40,095 nucleotides of DNA. It comes from Thermodesulfobacteriota bacterium. GTDB lineage: Bacteria > Desulfobacterota > Desulfobulbia > Desulfobulbales > SURF-16. The translations under genes were made by a program, and so were the position numbers. Below, one piece after another: positions 9,296 to 17,764 of this stretch (positions within the stretch are counted from its first letter, which is position 1; every line of letters begins with the position of its first letter). The notes beneath the pieces were generated by a model. That model made no database searches. It saw only the letters and a program-made list of their open reading frames with translations, and was not told the origin of the DNA. The stretch is from positions 56,959 through 97,053 of the forward strand of contig JBFMAY010000009.1 in NCBI GenBank assembly GCA_040755455.1. The letters are read 5' to 3'.

Positions 9296-10246
9296 ATGAC
9301 CAAACTAAAAGAAATGATGATTTTTAGCGGGAATGCCAATCGTGCCCTTGCCGAAGATATTTGTAGACATCTTCAGGTTGAATTGAGCCATGCAGAAGTC
9401 CGAAAATTCAGTGACGGGGAGACCTATGTTGAGATAGGCGAGAATGTTCGCGGTAAAGATATTTTTGTGGTGCAACCGACATGCACCCCAGTGAACGATC
9501 ATCTCATGGAGTTGATACTGATGGCTGACGCCCTGCGCCGCGCGTCGGCCCGCCGCATTACCGCAGTCATCCCCTATTACGGATACTCACGACAGGATAG
9601 AAAAGTTACCCCCAGGGTGCCGATTTCTGCCAAGGTTGTCGCTGAGATGCTCATGGCTGTCGGCGTCAGACGTGTATTGACAATGGATCTGCATTCCGGC
9701 CAGATTCAGGGTTTTTTTAATATTCCTGTTGATAATATGTATGCTGCCCCTGTGTTGTTAAGGGATATTTCGCAAGTTTTTGTCGGGAAAGAAGTCATTA
9801 TGGTATCCCCCGATGCCGGTGGAGTCGAGCGGACCCGGGCCTTTGCCAAGCGTCTCAAGGCAGGTCTTGCCATTATCGATAAAAGAAGGGAGCGGGCCAA
9901 TGAATCCGAGGCAATGAATGTTATTGGCAATGTAGCCGGCAAACATGCTATCTTGCTTGACGATATGGTGGACACGGCGGGCACGCTCTGTGCAGGAGCC
10001 GAAATCTTGATGAAGGAGGGGGCGAAAGATGTTTATGCGTATTGTTCCCATGCCGTGCTTTCCGGACCGGCCATTGAGCGGATAAATGACTCGATGATCA
10101 AAAAACTCGTCGTGACCAATAGCATACCGCTTCGCAACAGTGCGAAAGATTGCAGCAAGATCAAGGTGCTTTCCGTATCGGAATTGCTTGGAGATTCCAT
10201 ACGGTGTATCCACAATGAGGATTCCGTCAGTTCACTTTTCGTCTAA
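9296..10246 (+). CDS. prs: Ribose-phosphate pyrophosphokinase
   Basis: [34 protein letters not shown] and DDMVDTAGT. Confidence 0.97.
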   Translation: MTKLKEMMIFSGNANRALAEDICRHLQVELSHAEVRKFSDGETYVEIGENVRGKDIFVVQPTCTPVNDHLMELILMADALRRASARRITAVIPYYGYSRQDRKVTPRVPISAKVVAEMLMAVGVRRVLTMDLHSGQIQGFFNIPVDNMYAAPVLLRDISQVFVGKEVIMVSPDAGGVERTRAFAKRLKAGLAIIDKRRERANESEAMNVIGNVAGKHAILLDDMVDTAGTLCAGAEILMKEGAKDVYAYCSHAVLSGPAIERINDSMIKKLVVTNSIPLRNSAKDCSKIKVLSVSELLGDSIRCIHNEDSVSSLFV

Positions 10247-10413
10247 AACGAAGCGTGTTGCTGCTGATAAGAAGCATGAAAATCTAGCGAGTTATATGTT
10301 GCAGATTTGATTTTCATAGAGGTAGAAAGAAAAAATTTGGATGCTGGATGGAGAACACTGATTTCGGTGTTTATACCCATTTGCTCCAGTTACTTGTTTA
10401 GGAGGTTTGTAAG

Positions 10414-10995
10414 ATGTTACAGGTAGATGTATCTGCCCAGGTCAGAAAAAATACTGGTAAAGGCGCAGCAAGAACCTTGCGGAGAGACGGAAAAACTCCG
10501 GCTGTAATCTATGGTGCCAAGAATGACTCTTTGGCTTTAACCCTTGATACCCATTCATTTACCAAGACTCTCTTGCATCTGCAGAGACGAAATGCTGTTG
10601 TCAATCTTGACATTGAAACAGCATCAGGGATTGAAAAACGTCATGTGCTGATAAAGGAAATCCAGGTAGATCCAATTCATGATACCCTTAAGCATGCTGA
10701 TTTTTATGAGATCAGCCTTGATGCTCCCCGTACATTTACAGTTCCGGTAAAATATTCAGGAAAAGCCCGGGGGGTTGAGATGGGTGGTGATTTGAGCATT
10801 TCGATTAACGAAATTAAAGTGAAGGGTAATCCCCTTGATATCCCGGATACGATAGAAGTTGATGTAACTCCGCTTGGTATGAATGAGCATTTTAGCTGCC
10901 AGGATTTAACTCTTCCTGCAAATGTAACCCTGCTTGATGACAAGAATAAGGTCTGTGTTGCGATCATAACCGCACGGGCGGCAGCAGCAGAATAA
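10414..10995 (+). CDS. rplY: 50S ribosomal protein L25 / general stress protein Ctc
   Basis: R...GKGAAR.LRR.G..PAVIYG and HADF, two-domain length, AGGAGG SD, prs-rplY-pth synteny. Confidence 0.95.
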   Translation: MLQVDVSAQVRKNTGKGAARTLRRDGKTPAVIYGAKNDSLALTLDTHSFTKTLLHLQRRNAVVNLDIETASGIEKRHVLIKEIQVDPIHDTLKHADFYEISLDAPRTFTVPVKYSGKARGVEMGGDLSISINEIKVKGNPLDIPDTIEVDVTPLGMNEHFSCQDLTLPANVTLLDDKNKVCVAIITARAAAAE

Positions 10996-11021
10996 TCTTT
11001 TTTTGTAGTCAATATTCTTTT

Positions 11022-11056
11022 AAGCCGGGAAGGGTAATCCTTCTCCGGCTTTTTGT
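11022..11056 (+). terminator. Probable intrinsic terminator after rplY
   Basis: AAGCCGG-GAAGGG-TAAT-CCTTCT-CCGGCTT hairpin followed by a T-run. Confidence 0.7.
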
Positions 11057-11076
11057 CTTTCTACCTCTGGTGAATT

Positions 11077-11664
11077 ATGTTTCTTGTTGCAGGACTTGGG
11101 AATCCTGGTGAAAAATATCACTTAACCCGACACAATATAGGTTTTCTCTTTCTTGATTATCTGGCGGATAAGCTGCGCGTAAATTTTTCAGCAACAAAAT
11201 GGCAGGCCGACGCGGCAAAGGCAGTGTTCGACACCGAACAGGTGCTGCTGCTCAAACCCCAGACCTTTATGAATTTAAGTGGCAATGCCGTTGCAGGGGC
11301 AGCAGTATTTTACAAAATTCCACCTGAAAAGATTATTGTCATTCATGATGATCTTGACATGCCTTTAGGCCGGGTGAAAGTGGTGGTTAATCGGGGTACC
11401 GGCGGGCATAATGGCATACGCTCCATCGTCTCGCTTCTAGGCAGTAAGGATTTTATCAGAGTAAAAGCCGGAATCGGCAGACCGGTCGAGGCAATCCCGA
11501 TTGAACGATACGTATTGACAAAGATGACCGACTCTGAAATTGCTTGCGTGCAGGGTATGATGGATATTGTTTTCGAATCAGTTCGTATCATCATACGCGA
11601 TGGGGCAGGACTGGCAATGAACAGAATAAACTCCAGTAAAATCGATGCCAAATCAGATGGTTAA
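11077..11664 (+). CDS. pth: Peptidyl-tRNA hydrolase
   Basis: GLGNPG..Y..TRHNIGF, KPQTFMNLSG, HDDLD, GGHNG and GIGRP. Confidence 0.97.
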   Translation: MFLVAGLGNPGEKYHLTRHNIGFLFLDYLADKLRVNFSATKWQADAAKAVFDTEQVLLLKPQTFMNLSGNAVAGAAVFYKIPPEKIIVIHDDLDMPLGRVKVVVNRGTGGHNGIRSIVSLLGSKDFIRVKAGIGRPVEAIPIERYVLTKMTDSEIACVQGMMDIVFESVRIIIRDGAGLAMNRINSSKIDAKSDG

Positions 11665-11706
11665 CCTTCTATTTTTTTATTGCTTAGCAGTTAATTGAAC
11701 CATTAA

Positions 11707-11735
11707 TTGCGTAATTTGTTAAATAATGTTATATT
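11707..11735 (+). promoter_or_regulatory. Sigma70-type promoter (extended -10) upstream of carD
   Basis: TTGCGT-N17-TATATT with TGn before the -10, in an AT-rich spacer. Confidence 0.5.
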
Positions 11736-11826
11736 AATAAAATATAGTTTCAGAATTTATTTTTAGTGCCAAATTCCTGGTTGATGCCAAATCTAAGATC
11801 ATGAAAGGCTAACAAAGGTGGTTGGT

Positions 11827-12309
11827 GTGTTTAACAAAGGCGATATGGCAGTTTATCCGGCGCATGGGGTAGGAGAGATACAATCAATTGAAAAGAGAAC
11901 TGTTGGCGATTCTGAGCAATCTTTCTACATTATGAAAATAATCGACACAAGCATGGTTGTTATGATTCCTACTAAGAACAGTGAAAACGTTGGTCTGCGA
12001 GGTATTATATCTTCATCTGAGGCTGACCGGGTTTTTGATATTCTTAAAGATCGGGATGTGAAAATTGCGGCTCAGCCATGGAATCAACGCTATCGCCAAT
12101 ATATGGAGAAAATCAAAACCGGCTCGGTTTTCAAAATCGCTGGTGTTTTGCGTGATCTCTATCTGCTGAAGGAAGACAAAGATCTCTCCTTTGGCGAGAG
12201 AAAAATGCTTGATACGGCGAAAAATCTGTTAATGAAAGAAATCGCGCTTGCCAACAAGGTCCATGAAGATCAGGTTGCAAAGGATATTGAACAGATCTTT
12301 CATAATTAA
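11827..12309 (+). CDS. carD: CarD/CdnL family RNA polymerase-binding regulator
   Basis: F..GD.AVYPAHGVG.I, W..RYR...EK++TG and LSFGERKML. Start is probably GTG 11827 (alternative 11818). Confidence 0.93.
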   Translation: MFNKGDMAVYPAHGVGEIQSIEKRTVGDSEQSFYIMKIIDTSMVVMIPTKNSENVGLRGIISSSEADRVFDILKDRDVKIAAQPWNQRYRQYMEKIKTGSVFKIAGVLRDLYLLKEDKDLSFGERKMLDTAKNLLMKEIALANKVHEDQVAKDIEQIFHN

Positions 12310-12337
12310 AGAGACATTCCTTGCGGATTTCATCCTA

Positions 12338-12369
12338 TAAAGGAAAAGCCTTTTAGGCTTTTCCTTTTT
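12338..12369. terminator. Intrinsic terminator-like hairpin between carD and rluD
   Basis: AAAAGGAAAAGCC-TTTTA-GGCTTTTCCTTTT perfect inverted repeat. Confidence 0.75.
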
Positions 12370-12372
12370 CAC

Positions 12373-13353
12373 TTGAGCAATCAAAATTTGCTTCACACCC
12401 AACAAAAAGAATTACATTTTGTTGTTCCACCTGGCTTATCCGGGAAACGCCTTGATCAACTCGTGGCCGATCTCGATATTTGCGCTCAACTGACCCGCTC
12501 CCGCATTCAGAACCTTATCAGAACGGGTAATATTCTTGTTAATGATGAGATAAAGAAAACCGGCTATCGGGTCAGGGCGAGCGAGATAATACGTATCGTT
12601 TTGCCTCCTCCGCAATCCTCATCTCTTATCCCTCAGGAACTTGCATTTGAGGTTCTCTACGAGGATCAAGACGTAATTGTTCTGTCAAAACCTCCAGGAC
12701 TAGTGGTGCATCCGTCCCATGGACATATTGAAGGAACGCTGGTTCATGGCCTCCTGCATCATTGTCGTAATAACCTGTCGGGCATAGGCGGTGCATTGCG
12801 CCCTGGCATTGTTCATAGGCTGGACAAGGATACTTCTGGAGCCATGATTGTTGCCAAAAACGATATGGCGCATCAAGCCCTGGTTAAACAATTTAAGAAG
12901 AGAACTGTTGAAAAAATCTATCTCGCTCTCCTGGCGGGAATTCCCCGTAACAGAACCGGTCGCATTGCCGCAGCCATCGGCCGGCATCCGGTTCACCGAA
13001 AAAAGATGGCGGTTCTGCCGAATGGGGGGCGCGAGTCCGTAACCAACTGGGAGATTCTGGAGTATTTCACTCATTTCAGTTTTGTCAAACTTCGTCTTGA
13101 GACAGGAAGAACTCACCAGATACGTGTGCATATGGCTTCAATCGGATGCCCGATCGCCGGTGACCCGGTTTATGGGAAAAAGAGTAAATTCACTGATCTT
13201 TTGTTGGACCGCCAGTGTCTTCATTCTTACTCTATTGCCTTTGATCACCCCCGTTCCGGAGAAAGATTGTCGTTTTCCGCGCCTCTTTGGCCTGATATGG
13301 AAAATATTGTGCAGCTGTTGCGCAATAGAGATGCTGCCGGGACCAGCGGCTAA
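12373..13353 (+). CDS. rluD: RluA/RluD family 23S rRNA pseudouridine synthase with S4 domain
   Basis: N-terminal RLD and S4 region, KPPGLVVHP, RPGIVHRLDKDTSG, LETGRTHQIRVH and GDPVYG. Confidence 0.92.
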   Translation: MSNQNLLHTQQKELHFVVPPGLSGKRLDQLVADLDICAQLTRSRIQNLIRTGNILVNDEIKKTGYRVRASEIIRIVLPPPQSSSLIPQELAFEVLYEDQDVIVLSKPPGLVVHPSHGHIEGTLVHGLLHHCRNNLSGIGGALRPGIVHRLDKDTSGAMIVAKNDMAHQALVKQFKKRTVEKIYLALLAGIPRNRTGRIAAAIGRHPVHRKKMAVLPNGGRESVTNWEILEYFTHFSFVKLRLETGRTHQIRVHMASIGCPIAGDPVYGKKSKFTDLLLDRQCLHSYSIAFDHPRSGERLSFSAPLWPDMENIVQLLRNRDAAGTSG

Positions 13354-13373
13354 GGCCATGTTCAGGATCCATC

Positions 13374-14114
13374 ATGATCACTATCCGTTTTCACGGCGAT
13401 TTAATTGACTTGTTATCCCGGCAATCAGAGAATGGTCCGGTGGTTTCCTGCAGTCTGGAGCGCAGAACTTCTATTAAGGATTTGATTGAATCGTTGGGCA
13501 TTCCTCACCCTGAGATTGAAAAAATTGCCGTCAACGGGGAGTATGTTGATTTTGCATATATTGTGGAAAACAGCAGCCAGATAGATGTTTTCCCGATTTC
13601 CGCGCAAAGCAATTTTTTCATACCCTCGCTTCTCCGGCCAAATCCTCTTGTTTCCCGTTGTTTTGTTGTGGATGTTAATGTTGCAAAACTTGCCTCTAAA
13701 TTGCGGCAGTTGGGATTTGATGCTCTTTTGCCCCGCAACTGCGATGATACAGGAATTGCGGCAATCGCAGGTTGCCAGCGGAGGATCTTGTTAACGAGGG
13801 ACTGCAATCTGTTAAAGAGGAAAATTGTCGAATTCGGTCATCTGGTCCGGGCGGAATCGCCCAATGAACAGCTTGTGGAAGTTATCAAACTTTTTGGACT
13901 GAAAGACAAGATAAGGCCCTACAGCCGATGTTTCCTATGCAATGGTTTGCTGGAACCAGTCGCAAAGGAAGACATTCTGCCACTTCTCGAACCTCTTACG
14001 AGGAAATACTATAATATCTTTCACCGCTGCATTGACTGCAAGAAAATCTACTGGTCCGGGTCACATCGGGAAAAGATGGATGAGATACTGCAAGAAATTC
14101 TTGCATCATGCTGA
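13374..14114 (+). CDS. Ubiquitin-like + Mut7-C RNase (PIN-like with Zn ribbon) protein
   Basis: N-terminal SIKDLIESLGIPHPEI (Ub-Mut7C), then FVVDVNVAKLA..LR.LGFD, RILLTRD, SRCFLCNG and C..C.KIYW.GSH. Confidence 0.9.
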   Translation: MITIRFHGDLIDLLSRQSENGPVVSCSLERRTSIKDLIESLGIPHPEIEKIAVNGEYVDFAYIVENSSQIDVFPISAQSNFFIPSLLRPNPLVSRCFVVDVNVAKLASKLRQLGFDALLPRNCDDTGIAAIAGCQRRILLTRDCNLLKRKIVEFGHLVRAESPNEQLVEVIKLFGLKDKIRPYSRCFLCNGLLEPVAKEDILPLLEPLTRKYYNIFHRCIDCKKIYWSGSHREKMDEILQEILASC

Positions 14115-14173
14115 TTGCGATGACTGTTGAGGAACTGAAGGGTGCTGAGTGGACCCTGCGTAATGGCTTGGAC

Positions 14174-14207
14174 AAAAAAAGGGGTTTCAAGAGATCACTT
14201 GAAACCC
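14174..14207 (-). terminator. Intrinsic terminator downstream of tRNA-His
   Basis: GGGTTTCAAG-N6-CTTGAAACCC stem, followed on the minus strand by C and T7. Confidence 0.75.
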
Positions 14208-14215
14208 AGGAACAA

Positions 14216-14293
14216 TGGGGTGAGCGATGGGACTCGAACCCACGACCGTCGGAGCCACAATCCGAAGCTACCACCAGCTGAGCTACGCTCACC
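14216..14293 (-). tRNA. tRNA-His (anticodon GUG), with encoded G-1 and CCA
   Basis: Reverse complement GGTGAGCGTAGCTCAGCTGGTGGTAGCTTCGGATTGTGGCTCCGACGGTCGTGGGTTCGAGTCCCATCGCTCACCCCA, including the G-1:C73 pair. Confidence 0.94.
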
Positions 14294-14427
14294 ACCCGAA
14301 AACGTTACATAACGGTTATGCTCAAAGAACCAGTCTTATAATAAATTCCCTGCCCAATAGCAAGGTGAAAATGACGTTGGTTAAGAGTTTTTCATCCGAC
14401 AATGATATTGAATAGCCGGAAATGCAA

Positions 14428-15087
14428 TCAGGCGAGTTCCTTGCCGCAATGCATGCAGATTTTTGCCTGTTTCTTTATGATTTCGGTGCAATAAGGGCAT
14501 TCTTTCTTGAAGTTAGCCTGAAGGATTTGGTTAATGGCCATATTGGCGCTCTGCTCGATATCCTTATTGGTGAAGAGGTGGTTTCTAATCGGATCAATAC
14601 ATGAGAGATCGTTAAGTTCAACAAGAAGTTTACAGGATTTCAACCTGCCGTTCAAGCCGGCACATTCATCAAGTATAAGTTTGAGAACAGGTTGCAGATT
14701 ATGTTTTTCGACACATGTAGCCAGCTCAGTTAAGGCCTCTTGTTCTTCCTGGTAGCGGATATTTTGTTTTTTGAGAGCTTCAGGATCAATGACACAACCG
14801 GTAAAAGCCTCTTGGCTGCCAACCATCAAAACCTCACCTTTTTTTTCACCGGGAAGAAGCATATAACGATAAGAACCAGCATGGCCGTATTGTTCCTCGA
14901 TATGCTGCCAGCCTTTGGTGTATATCGGGCATTCGTCATTGAGACAGACAAACATGACATCACATCCCCAACCCAATCCATCACCAATATGAAAGGGCGG
15001 AGTTTCGCAGCAGGACAGGCGCGCTTGGCAATGGGGGCAAAAGTGTTTTTCTTGTGCATATTTAACGCATGACTCATATGACAGCAT
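14428..15087 (-). CDS. Cys-rich hypothetical protein with N-terminal metal-binding region and C-terminal zinc ribbon
   Basis: CPHC...CC...C...CLNDEC at the N-terminus and CPYC-x10-CMHC at the C-terminus. AGGAG SD. Confidence 0.8.
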   Translation of the reverse strand: MLSYESCVKYAQEKHFCPHCQARLSCCETPPFHIGDGLGWGCDVMFVCLNDECPIYTKGWQHIEEQYGHAGSYRYMLLPGEKKGEVLMVGSQEAFTGCVIDPEALKKQNIRYQEEQEALTELATCVEKHNLQPVLKLILDECAGLNGRLKSCKLLVELNDLSCIDPIRNHLFTNKDIEQSANMAINQILQANFKKECPYCTEIIKKQAKICMHCGKELA

Positions 15088-15444
15088 ATTGACAGCTCCT
15101 TTTAGAAGGGATTGATTTTATTTTTGCAATGTGGGCAGTGAGCAACTTATCCCAGACCGGGACACTGCTATAGGTGTTGCTCATGAAGTTTGACGATTGT
15201 CGTTGAAAGTATAGGTGATAGCCATCCATGTCAAAAAAATTATGAAGGCCAATACTTTGTTGAAATAATTTTTTTTCATAAATACAAATAACTCATTTGT
15301 GCCCGCAAAGCAACCGGCAATGAATGGCCATTCATGTGTGTTCTGCCAATAAAGTGAAAGTTAATTTTTTTGTAACATATTAATATTAAAAGAAAAATTC
15401 TCTCAAGCAGCACCTGGCGAAATGCAGTTAACGAAGAAAACAGA

Positions 15445-15473
15445 TTGACTTTTTACCCGTTGGAAAGTAAATG
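15445..15473 (+). promoter_or_regulatory. Possible sigma70 promoter for purM
   Basis: TTGACT-N17-TAAATG in AT-rich intergenic DNA. Confidence 0.4.
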
Positions 15474-15641
15474 TTTTCTATATTAATAATTACGTTTTTA
15501 TTATATAACAAGATGTTATAAATTATTTCTTTCAATATTTCATGTGGCCCTCTACGGGTCGAAAATTTTTAATGAAAGTCCTCTTGTTCCGGTTAAGCGC
15601 GCATGTGGCTTTCAATGGCAATTTAGGCGGTCAAAGCGAAA

Positions 15642-16694
15642 ATGGATCATATTCAAACTTCCAGATATGCTGAGTCTGGCGTTGATATCGATAAAGGAAA
15701 TAAATTTATTTCGAATATCAAACCGTTGGTGGCTGCAACATTCAGGCGCGGGGTTTTGACTGATATTGGGGGGTTTGGGGGGTTATTTGCCATAGGTGGT
15801 GACCGTTTCACCGATCCTGTTCTCGTATCATCTACTGATGGTGTAGGTACCAAGCTGAAAATCGCAAGCCTGTGCAACAAGCATGATACCATTGGTATTG
15901 ACCTCGTTGCCATGTGTGTGAATGATATCGTTGTGTGCGGTGCCCAGCCCCTTTTTTTCCTCGATTATTTCGCGATTGGCAAGCTCGATCTTGATGTTGC
16001 CACGGCTGTCATCAAGGGAATCGCCAAGGGTTGTGAAATTGCGAAATGTTCGCTGATTGGCGGCGAGACGGCTGAAATGCCAGGGTTATACCATGAAGGG
16101 GATTATGATCTGGCAGGCTTTGTTGTCGGCATTGCCGAGAGGGACAAGATTATTGACGGTTCAGAGATCAAGGTCGGAGATAAACTGATTGGTCTCACCT
16201 CAAGCGGGGTCCACAGCAACGGTTACTCGCTCGTCCGGAAAATCTGCTTTGAAGAGTTGGGGCTTTCTGTTGCTGATCACGTAGCTGATTTGGGTTGCAC
16301 TCTGGGAGAAGAACTACTCAGGCCCACCAGGATTTATGTGGAAACACTTCTCAATCTCTTTAAGAATTTCAAGGTGCGGGGGTTGAGTCACATTACCGGT
16401 GGTGGTTTCACTGATAACATTCCCAGGGTTCTCCCCAAAGGCACGAAGGCCCATATTCACATGGGAAGCTGGCCGGTATTGCCGATTTTTGACTTCCTGC
16501 AGAAGAACGGCAAGATTTCCACAGAGGAAATGTTTCGTACCTTCAACTGTGGCATCGGCATGGTTCTGATTATTGACGCAAGGATTGTTGAAGACGTAAC
16601 ACAGCAGTTGATTGCCTTGGGCGAGTCGCCTTACATTATTGGCGAGGTTGCCGCACGAAAAGAAGATGAGGACTTGGTTGAATATATTGATTGA
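15642..16694 (+). CDS. purM: Phosphoribosylformylglycinamidine cyclo-ligase
   Basis: Y..SGVDI, GGFGGLF, STDGVGTK, GGETAEMPG, SSGVHSNGYSL, HITGGG and FNCGIGM. Confidence 0.97.
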   Translation: MDHIQTSRYAESGVDIDKGNKFISNIKPLVAATFRRGVLTDIGGFGGLFAIGGDRFTDPVLVSSTDGVGTKLKIASLCNKHDTIGIDLVAMCVNDIVVCGAQPLFFLDYFAIGKLDLDVATAVIKGIAKGCEIAKCSLIGGETAEMPGLYHEGDYDLAGFVVGIAERDKIIDGSEIKVGDKLIGLTSSGVHSNGYSLVRKICFEELGLSVADHVADLGCTLGEELLRPTRIYVETLLNLFKNFKVRGLSHITGGGFTDNIPRVLPKGTKAHIHMGSWPVLPIFDFLQKNGKISTEEMFRTFNCGIGMVLIIDARIVEDVTQQLIALGESPYIIGEVAARKEDEDLVEYID

Positions 16695-16737
16695 GGATTT
16701 TGAGCATTTTTTGCTCAAGTTCAGTAAGGCGTATTAC

Positions 16738-16782
16738 AAAAAAAAGGGTGAGGCGAATAAATTCGCCTCACCCTTTTTTTTT
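16738..16782. terminator. Bidirectional intrinsic terminator between purM and the VPLPA-CTERM gene
   Basis: A8-GGGTGAGGCGAA-TAAA-TTCGCCTCACCC-T9 perfect inverted repeat between convergent genes. Confidence 0.9.
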
Positions 16783-16826
16783 GTATAAAAACCGGAGGTT
16801 GATGAACTGCTGTCAAGAAGGTAGTT

Positions 16827-17666
16827 TCAATTAGTTGATTTTCTCCTGATGGCAATCAAACCCAAAAGCCCTGAACCAAGCAGCCAGACGGCCCCCGGTA
16901 CAGGTACTGCACTAGCAGCAGAGGCCTTTGCCATTACTCCGGCGCCAAAATGCAGCAGCTGTCCTGCAGTTGCTGTATAACTAAATGTTATTGTTCCTGA
17001 TTTTGGACCATATATGTAATCATCAAATTCAATGAGGTCAGTAACCTTTTCCTTGGTTACATATCCTGCTCTGATTTTGTCCCAGTTTCCGGTCGTTGCA
17101 TTGTAGCGGGTCAGGTTGGTGAATGCCAGAATATCTGCCCAGCCAGAACCGTCTGCAGCGTCAATAGATATACTGTCAAGTGTATAATTGATCGAAAAAG
17201 TGAGACTGCCACTTTTATCTACTTGGTAATATATATCTCTTTGGGCGGTGGCAATTGCTGAAAAGTCTTCATAATTGGTTGCAAAGGCACTTGCTGCGGC
17301 GATAATGTTTTTTTCTCCTGGAACAGTATCCGTTCTCGCAAGGGCGTAAGCTTCACCAAATGCAGTTGTCATTTCTGATTCAGCAAGAGTAACCACAATT
17401 CCACTACGTAAATCACTGCTCTTATAAGGATCTGCGGGTATAGTCCATTGGGCATATGCCCCGGCCCGCGACCAACTGCTTTTCCATGTGCCTGCATCAG
17501 GTATGAAGACTGACGCTGAACCCGTACCGGTGATTTGCAGACTGGCCCATGACATTTCGGCGTTGGCCGAAACTGATGCTGCATCTGCCGATCCTTCTGA
17601 TATTCCTAAAAGAAGAAATGCAGAAACAGTTATTGCACTCGTTCTTTGCCAATATGTAATCTTCAT
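16827..17666 (-). CDS. Secreted protein with a VPLPA-CTERM (PEP-CTERM-type) exosortase sorting signal
   Basis: N-terminal signal peptide, Ser/Thr/Ala-rich body, and C-terminal AVPVPGAVWLLGSGLLGLIAIRRK (motif, TM helix, basic tail). Confidence 0.88.
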   Translation of the reverse strand: MKITYWQRTSAITVSAFLLLGISEGSADAASVSANAEMSWASLQITGTGSASVFIPDAGTWKSSWSRAGAYAQWTIPADPYKSSDLRSGIVVTLAESEMTTAFGEAYALARTDTVPGEKNIIAAASAFATNYEDFSAIATAQRDIYYQVDKSGSLTFSINYTLDSISIDAADGSGWADILAFTNLTRYNATTGNWDKIRAGYVTKEKVTDLIEFDDYIYGPKSGTITFSYTATAGQLLHFGAGVMAKASAASAVPVPGAVWLLGSGLLGLIAIRRKSTN

Positions 17667-17764
17667 TTTCGTAATCTCTATTTAGATAGAATTAAACATC
17701 AAAAAAATCAGTTCCGTAATGTGTCATGATTCCCAACGGGATCTATTGGCTCTCACATGTCCTG

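Noticed and set aside
11646..11792. Three copies of TGCCAAAT around the carD promoter
   Set aside because: The 8-mer is short and irregularly spaced, and one copy is in the pth coding sequence. This is not enough to call a binding site.
15408..15430. CTGGCGAA upstream of purM as a ZTP riboswitch core
   Set aside because: There is no flanking P1 stem and no downstream CGCCTGGG element, and it lies upstream of the predicted promoter.
17667..17764. Read-through fusion of the PAAG protein to the VPLPA-CTERM protein
   Set aside because: A second in-frame stop follows within four codons, and the downstream gene has its own signal peptide.
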